This document shows positions 55,400-64,000 of a stretch of 64,000 nt of DNA, one piece after another. The translations under genes were made by a program, and so were the position numbers. How positions within the stretch are numbered: position 1 is the first letter of the stretch; the number at the start of each line of letters is the position of its first letter. The stretch spans positions 9,300,001 to 9,364,000 of the forward strand of contig OX597840.1 in NCBI GenBank assembly GCA_951406725.2, written 5' to 3'. Origin of the DNA: Octopus vulgaris (Eukaryota). The notes beneath the pieces were generated by a model that was not told the DNA's origin, did no database searches, and saw only the letters and a program-made list of their open reading frames with translations.

Positions 55400-56280
55400 T
55401 TTCATGGTTCATATTATTTCCCACATTCTACAACCAAAAACCCGACCATGGTAAAGACCCGGAAATAGTAAAGAGTTAGAGCTGAGACTTCCCTGGGAAG
55501 CAAAAGTCGAAGATGCTTTCTTTAGGAAATGCAGAAAATACAGTGAGACGGTTGAACTCTGTGAAAAGAATGGCTAAAAAGGATGGGAGGTAATAGACGT
55601 TCCTGTAGAGATAGGTGTTAGAGGTTCATTCACTGCTCGGGTGTCTTGAAGTCGTTGCCAAGGAAAGGAAAGTTGTTAGAAGAAAACTGTGAGAAGCTAC
55701 CACAAAGCAAGCCCTTATTACATCTTGCTCAAGAGAGAGGACAAGCGGTACAACAAGAGGGTCATAGAAACATCTGACTCAACAAAGCTTATGTTGAAAT
55801 GTAGGAGTTTTGTTGCTTACATCGTAGGTTGGCCCTGAGTGGATGTCATGGTGGGAGAGGCGGAAACACCTGATTCATTGCCTGATAAGACATCAAAGGA
55901 ATATTGTCATAAGCACGGAGGATGTGAAAGAACAAGTGGGTAAAATGCCTAGCCTCCGGACCAGATGGGATTCATGGCTTCTGAAGAGATGCCACGCGGT
56001 GCATGAAAGACTAGCAGCCCAATTGAATGAGTGTGTCCAGAACGATACAGTCCCCGCGTGGATGGTGACTGGGAGGACAACATTTATAACGAAAGATAGA
56101 AGAAAGGGGAATACTGTGGGAAACTACCGTCCCATAGCATACCTAGACATAATCTGGGAGATACTCACTGGAATATGTGCGGCAAAGAATACACTTTCCT
56201 GGAACAGGAAGAAACACTAGCAAGGAAAGAAAATTGATGTAGGACGGGTTCTCAGCGTACCAAGGATCACCTGGTCATCG
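55400..56280 (+). mobile_element. Degenerate REL-endonuclease non-LTR retrotransposon fragments (R4/NeSL-like)
   Basis: PAWMVTGRTTFITKD..NYRPIA RT motif. ELRLPWE..VEIGVRG-like REL remnant. Many stops. Confidence 0.55.
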
Positions 56281-57099
56281 ATATTATTTTTGCAATTAAA
56301 ATTAGTAAATAATCAAATTTATTTGAAATACCTGCCACTAGGCTCCAGCAGGCAGCCCCAGCAAGTCGTCAAAGTTGAGACAGTGTCACGTGGCAACTTG
56401 CTGGGGCTGCCTGCTGGAGCCTTGCGACAGGTATTTAAAGGGGAAAATTTGACAAGTCAGTCATTCGCCCGCTACATTCCTTGACGCTACATCGAAGAGG
56501 CCAGGGAACAGAAGAAAGAAGAAGACAGAAGATATGCACCCAACACCGGAGCTGAAGACACCTCCGAAAGGGAGGGGTCCCGCCACGTCAAAACGGTAGA
56601 AGAGTAGGACCGAAACCGGACGTGGTTCCTCCTGTTGATGTCTTGAGCTAACTGGATCCTATAAAGGAGCTGTTGTGGTAGCAGACCACGAAACACGGTT
56701 GTAATTCATAAGCGTAGACAAGTGGTGAGATAAGAATTGGAAAAAAAAAAGGAAAAGGATGGTCTAGAGAAGCAACGAGAAGTAAAGGAGAGGAGGGGGT
56801 TGGTGGGTTGAAGAGGTTTTGTGTCACGAATTTTCAATTTGAAATCTGTATTTTGAGACTTCTTTTGGAACTTCCAAAGTTTGTCACTGGTTGTTTTTTT
56901 TAACCAGTTGGATTACTATGCATTGTACCCCTTGATGTGTGTGTGTGTGTGTGTGTGAGTGTGTGTGTGAGTGTGTGTAAATCTACGCAGTAGGCATTCT
57001 AGTATGTACAATCATATAAAGTGCTCTCACATACGTGTCACTCCATTTTGTTATTTCTAACCTCCCCCCTCTTTTCATTTCCGAGAAAAACTCTTCACT

Positions 57100-57142
57100 T
57101 ATAAAAGAGTGAAGTTGAGGAGAAGATTCCAAACGATTAGTT
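57100..57142 (+). promoter_or_regulatory. Candidate core promoter of gene 2 (TATAAAAG plus Inr-like TTAGTT)
   Basis: TATAAAAG at 57100-57107, flanked by the inverted CTTCACT/AGTGAAG. TTAGTT at 57137-57142. ATG about 100 nt downstream. Spacing slightly long. Confidence 0.4.
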
Positions 57143-57203
57143 GAGGATCAAGAGAAGTCGTCTGACTTTTATCGTTTCAGAAGAAACGAAAACATTTCCA
57201 GCC

Positions 57204-57431
57204 ATGACCATCGGATATCTTCTGCTTGTGGTCATTTGTCTTGGCATTGCCAGACACGTCTATGCCGTGGATTTGACCCTGAAACCTGGTGAAACCAGTA
57301 AAGCTGTCATCGATGCAACCATAAGAAAAATCAGAACGAAATGTATTCTGGCAGAAGATTATTATTTTTTGAGACGGTTAGCAGAGACCCAGATGCAGAC
57401 TATCCCCGCAGGAATGGGTGGAATATGGAGG
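57204..57431 (+). CDS. Gene 2 (tandem paralogue) first coding exon: signal peptide + N-half of lysozyme-like domain
   Basis: gccATG start. Hydrophobic MTIGYLLLVVICLGIARHVYA, then VDLTLKPG...DYYFLRRLAETQ...GGIWR and an AGG|gtaagt phase-0 donor matching the phase-0 acceptor type at 15559. Confidence 0.88.
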
Positions 57432-57539
57432 GTAAGTACCAGATTTGCTGATATACACGCAGGCACACACTCACACACAGAGAAGTACACATGCACACAC
57501 ATATACATACAAACATATCACGCTTGTTATTAGTAACTT

Positions 57540-58030
57540 CCCCAAAATGTCATCAATGGACAACTTCCCTCTGCCATTCAGATAAAGACTGTTTTAGAAT
57601 GAATATATAGAATCTCTCTGTTATTGAATACATACATTTAGGAATAATAGTGGAGCATTGCCATCAAAACTTCCGTTAAGTGTAAACAAAAAGAGCCCAG
57701 ATATTGTTGTTTTGTACCGACCAGAAAAAGTGTGTAGCGTCATAGAGGTTAGCTGCCCTGTTAATATGAATATCTCTTTGAAAATCTCAGAGAAAGAAGA
57801 TAATTATGGACAACTGCTGCTTTCAAACCACTAGCTTCTATATCCAGATTACAAATTCATATTTATACCAACAATAATTGGTGCCCTTGATTTTGTGAGT
57901 AAATGCCCAGGTGACAATGTTTATAAGCTAGGATTTTTAGAAAAAGAAATCAACCAACTAACTTGAACATTACAAAGACTATCTGCAAGTGGAACAATAA
58001 AAATATGCAAGACTTTTATCAAATTTAAAA
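57540..58030 (+). mobile_element. Degenerate REL-endonuclease C-terminal fragment in gene 2 intron 1
   Basis: EPDIVV..VIEVSCP..KEDNY..IPTIIGAL, a PD-(D/E)xK-like remnant. Confidence 0.5.
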
Positions 58031-58386
58031 TGTGACGTTATTTTCCGTATCTATATTTCGACGAAGGAGATTTGTATCTTTGCTAGGATTCAGCTCATTC
58101 CTTGCAGAAGAATTCAAATATTTACAAACAGAAGAAAACTCACACACACACACACACCTCCCCCTCACATAACACACCCACGCACACGCACGCACGCACA
58201 CGCACGCACACGCACGCACGCACACGCACGCACGCACACGCACGCACACGCACGCACACATACAAATACATACACACACAATATCCATATATTTTCTAAT
58301 TTACATATATATATTATATTTTGCGAAATTTGATTTAGTATTTCTAAATTGAATTTTTCCCTGTAAGTTTGGAATAATATTCCCTC

Positions 58387-58439
<53 letters not shown>

Positions 58440-58446
58440 GTATACG

Positions 58447-58525
<79 letters not shown>

Positions 58526-58550
58526 GTATATGTATATATATATATTTGTG

Positions 58551-58860
58551 TGGAGGCGCAATGGCCCAGTGGTTAGGGCAGCGGACTCGCGGTCGTAGGA
58601 TCGTGGTTTCGATTCCCAGACCGGGCGTTGTGAGTGTTTATTGAACGAAAACACCTAAAAGCTCCACGAGGCTCCGGCAGGGTGTGGTGATCCCTGCTGT
58701 ACTCTTTCACCACTCTTTCTCCCACTCTTCCTTCTGTTGGCCTGCTCGCTTAGCCAGCGGGGTGGCGTCATTCAAAGGCTAAAACAATGCGAACGTATTG
58801 TGACCAGCAATGTGTAACAACATCTGATGGTCTGGTCGGTCACTGGTCGATCACGTGATC
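58551..58860 (+). mobile_element. tRNA-derived SINE family C
   Basis: GGAGGCGCAATGGCCCAGTGGTTAGGGCAGCGG..GGTTTCGATTCCC head. Second copy at 7075-7375 (-). Confidence 0.8.
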
Positions 58861-59069
58861 ATATGATATATATATATAATTTGAGGGAATATTATTCCAA
58901 ACTTACAGAGAAAAATTCAATTGAGAAATATTGATATATTGATAATATTGGATAATGCCTCTGTGGGCAATAAAGAAATATTTTTCTCTCCATAAATAGA
59001 TTTATATACTATAAAAAAAATTTGGAAAATCTTGCTTATTTTGCAATTTCCCTTTCTGTCCCTGATTGT

Positions 59070-61269
<2,200 letters not shown>

Positions 61270-61271
<2 letters not shown>

Positions 61272-63797
61272 CATCAACACCCTGTACATGGAGCAGGTAA
61301 TACTCCAACCAACCCAACCAGGGCAGGTAACACACTGGATCTCTGCTTCACAAATGACATGGATCTCATCCATAATGTGAAAGTGACACCGACACTACTC
61401 TCGGATCACAACATGATAGAGCTGACCATGTACGGGCCAAAAGAGAGCACGGACATGCAGCCTACAAGAAACCCTCAGAATCTTTCCATCTTGAACTACC
61501 ATAAGGCAAACTGGAAACAAATTGAGAAAGAGATCCTCAAACAAAACTGGCCTAAATGTCTCTCCTCGCCAGACATCGACGTGAAACTTCAACAATTCAT
61601 GTCTGTAATGCAAGCCATATGCTACAAATGTGTCCCAGAGAGAAAGGCCACTGTACACAAGAACAAAATCCCCAGAGAGAGGAAAATTTTAATGAGACGG
61701 CGTACAAAATTTTCAAATCGCCTAAACCAACAGATTGAAAGCAGTGAAAAGTCCCGCCTAAAAATAAAACTGTTGGAAATCGAAAAATGTCTGCAACTCT
61801 CCCATGAAAAAGAAAAAGCAGACAAAGAAGCCTGGGCTATAGACAACATAAAATCTAACCCCAGAGCTTTCTACAGGTATGCCAAAGAAACAGCTACGGT
61901 GCACTGTAGAATAGGGCCACTCCTCGAAAAGGATGGCACACTTACAGGAAAACCAATGAGGGTAAGTGAAATACTGAATGAGCAATTCAAGAGTATTTTC
62001 ACTCCACCCCTTGGGCATCTCCAAATCACCAATCCAACTGACTTTTTTACCACTGCAGATATAAAATCAGAGGCGGCGACGATAGATTACATCGATATAA
62101 AGGAAGACGATGTAATCAAGGCTATAGATGAAATGAAAACAGACTCAGCTACTGGCCCCGATGGATTCCCGGCAATCCTCCTAAAAGCATGTAAGAGAGT
62201 CCTAGCAAGACCACTGCAGTTCCTCTTTCAGAGCTTCCTTGCAGCTGGCAAACTTCCAAGAAAACTGAAGGAAGGTAAAATATGCCCCATTCATAAAGGA
62301 GGTAGCAGAGCGGAAGCCAAGAACTATAGACCTATCTCTCTGACCTCACACATCAGCAAGGTCATGGAACGAATAGTCAGAAGGAAGCTGATCACCTTCC
62401 TTGAAGAGAATGACTTGCTGTCCGACACCCAACATGGTTTCCGACCAGGGAGAAGCTGTTTAACTCAGCTCCTACAACACTATGACTGGGTGCTGAAACG
62501 GCTGCTCAACCATTCAAATGTGGAAGTGATATATCTCGACTTTGCAAAGCCTTTGATAAAGTCGATCATGGAATGATATGTCACAAACTGCGTGATCTCA
62601 ACATAGTTGGAAAACTGGGAGAATGGCTTCATGACTTTCTGAAAGATAGAAGTCAGGTGGTAGTGGCCAATGGGGCCACTCCCATTAACACGCAAATAGT
62701 GAGCGGTGTTCCGCAGGGCACTGTTCTGGGACCACTACTGTTCATAATGGCCCTCTCAGACATGCCCTCAGCCACGCAGAGAGCCACGATCACAAGTTAT
62801 GCAGATGATACAAAAGTTTCACAGGCAATACAGAACCCTGAGGACACTAAACACCTGCAATGTGAGCTAGACAAAATATACAAGTGGGCCGAAAAGAATA
62901 GCATGCAGTTCAATGCTGAAAAGTTTCAAGCTCTATACTATCAGCATGCAAAACTAAACGCAATACCCAATGAATACACTGGACCCGGAGGAATAGCAAT
63001 CCCAGAGGCACAATCAGTGCGTGACCTAGGTATTTACATGAGTGATGACGCGACCTTTCGTGTACATGTTGCTAAATTGGCAATGAAATGTAGACGACTG
63101 GCCGGATGGATCCTCAGAACCTTTAGAACAAGAGAACAAGAAACCATGATGGTCCGCTGGAGGACACTTGTCCTAAGCCACTTTGACTACTGCTCTCAGT
63201 TATGGTCACCATCCAGTGTCAAGTTGATCACAGAGCTCGGGGCGATCCAACGTAGCTACACGAAGAAGATAGCCTCTATGCAGAATGTAAGCTACTGGGA
63301 AAGACTCAAGAGATTAAAACTATATTCCCTGGAGCGTAGGCGGGAAAGATATGCCATAATATACATCTGGAAGATCCTGGAGGGACGTGTCCTGAACTTT
63401 GGCATCGAGAGTTACGCAAATGCCAGAACTGGGCGCCACTGCGTGGTGCCTAGGACTCCAAACTTGCCATCAAGATGTAGGACAAGATTCTGTGATAGCC
63501 TGGGCTTCCGAGGCCCACAGCTCTTCAATATCTTCCGAAGAACCTGAGAGACCTGCATGGGGTGGATACAGATGTCTTTAAAATGAAGCTGGATCTCTTC
63601 CTGTCAGGTGTCCCAGATGAACCAACTTCACGGCAGGAGGGGCAGATGAGGGCAGCTGCATCGAACTCTCTCATGCACCAAATGGCAGTTGCTAGAAAGC
63701 TTTCGTGAAGTGAAACCAAGTAGCAACACCAAATGGCGGTGCCCCAGCATGGCCACAGCTCATAAGCTGAAACTAGAATCAATCAATCAATCAATCA

Positions 63798-63800
<3 letters not shown>
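61270..63800 (+). mobile_element. 5'-truncated CR1-like LINE (end of APE + RT) with (AATC)n tail, inserted in (TA)n
   Basis: GNTLDLCF/SDHN endonuclease end, NYRPISLTS, YLDFAK, GVPQG, YADD, with frameshifts near 62550 and 63535. The ORF start at 61173 is microsatellite read-through. Confidence 0.92.
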
Positions 63801-63861
<61 letters not shown>

Positions 63862-64000
63862 TAAATTAGAGATAAAACCACTATTAAGTAAATCAAACAG
63901 TGAAAAACATAAGCCAATACATAAAATTAATTTAAAAATATAAAAGTTAAAAATTAAAAAATTATTTAAATAATTTAAACTTATAAATTTAAATATATAT

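Noticed and set aside
58551-58630. tRNA genes (also 7463 and the heads of SINE A/B)
   Set aside because: tRNA-like A/B boxes continue into multi-copy SINE bodies, with no clean cloverleaf or terminator.

Overview
AT-rich, microsatellite-laden animal genomic DNA. The SINE families, (TA)n/(CTAT)n tracts and gene structure look like an octopus/cephalopod genome (inference, not searched). Host content: (1) A multi-exon + strand gene. Eleven coding exons from 15559 to 46642 have consistent GT-AG phases and total 2202 nt (733 aa + stop). It encodes the C-half of a lysozyme-like domain, a VWA domain with intact MIDAS, three copies of an unnamed ~120-aa two-exon module, two 28-aa Cys mini-modules and a GPI-type tail. 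(2) The signal-peptide first exon (57204-57431) of a tandem paralogue whose intron 1 duplicates the intron upstream of 15559. The rest is mostly mobile DNA: an apparently intact Hydra-type Penelope-like element (PLE) with 660-bp pseudo-LTRs, a frameshifted Neptune-type PLE, CR1-like, RTE, L1/Tx1 and REL-type LINE fragments, mariner deletion derivatives, Helitron pieces, a MITE and four tRNA-SINE families. The main hidden signal is roughly 16-17 type I hammerhead-ribozyme motifs on both strands. Most have palindromic stem III, some are U3-A8 or C4 core variants, and some lie in retrozyme-like 324- and 364-bp units. Nearly all long I/Y/C/V-rich ORFs in the ORF track are microsatellite artefacts.
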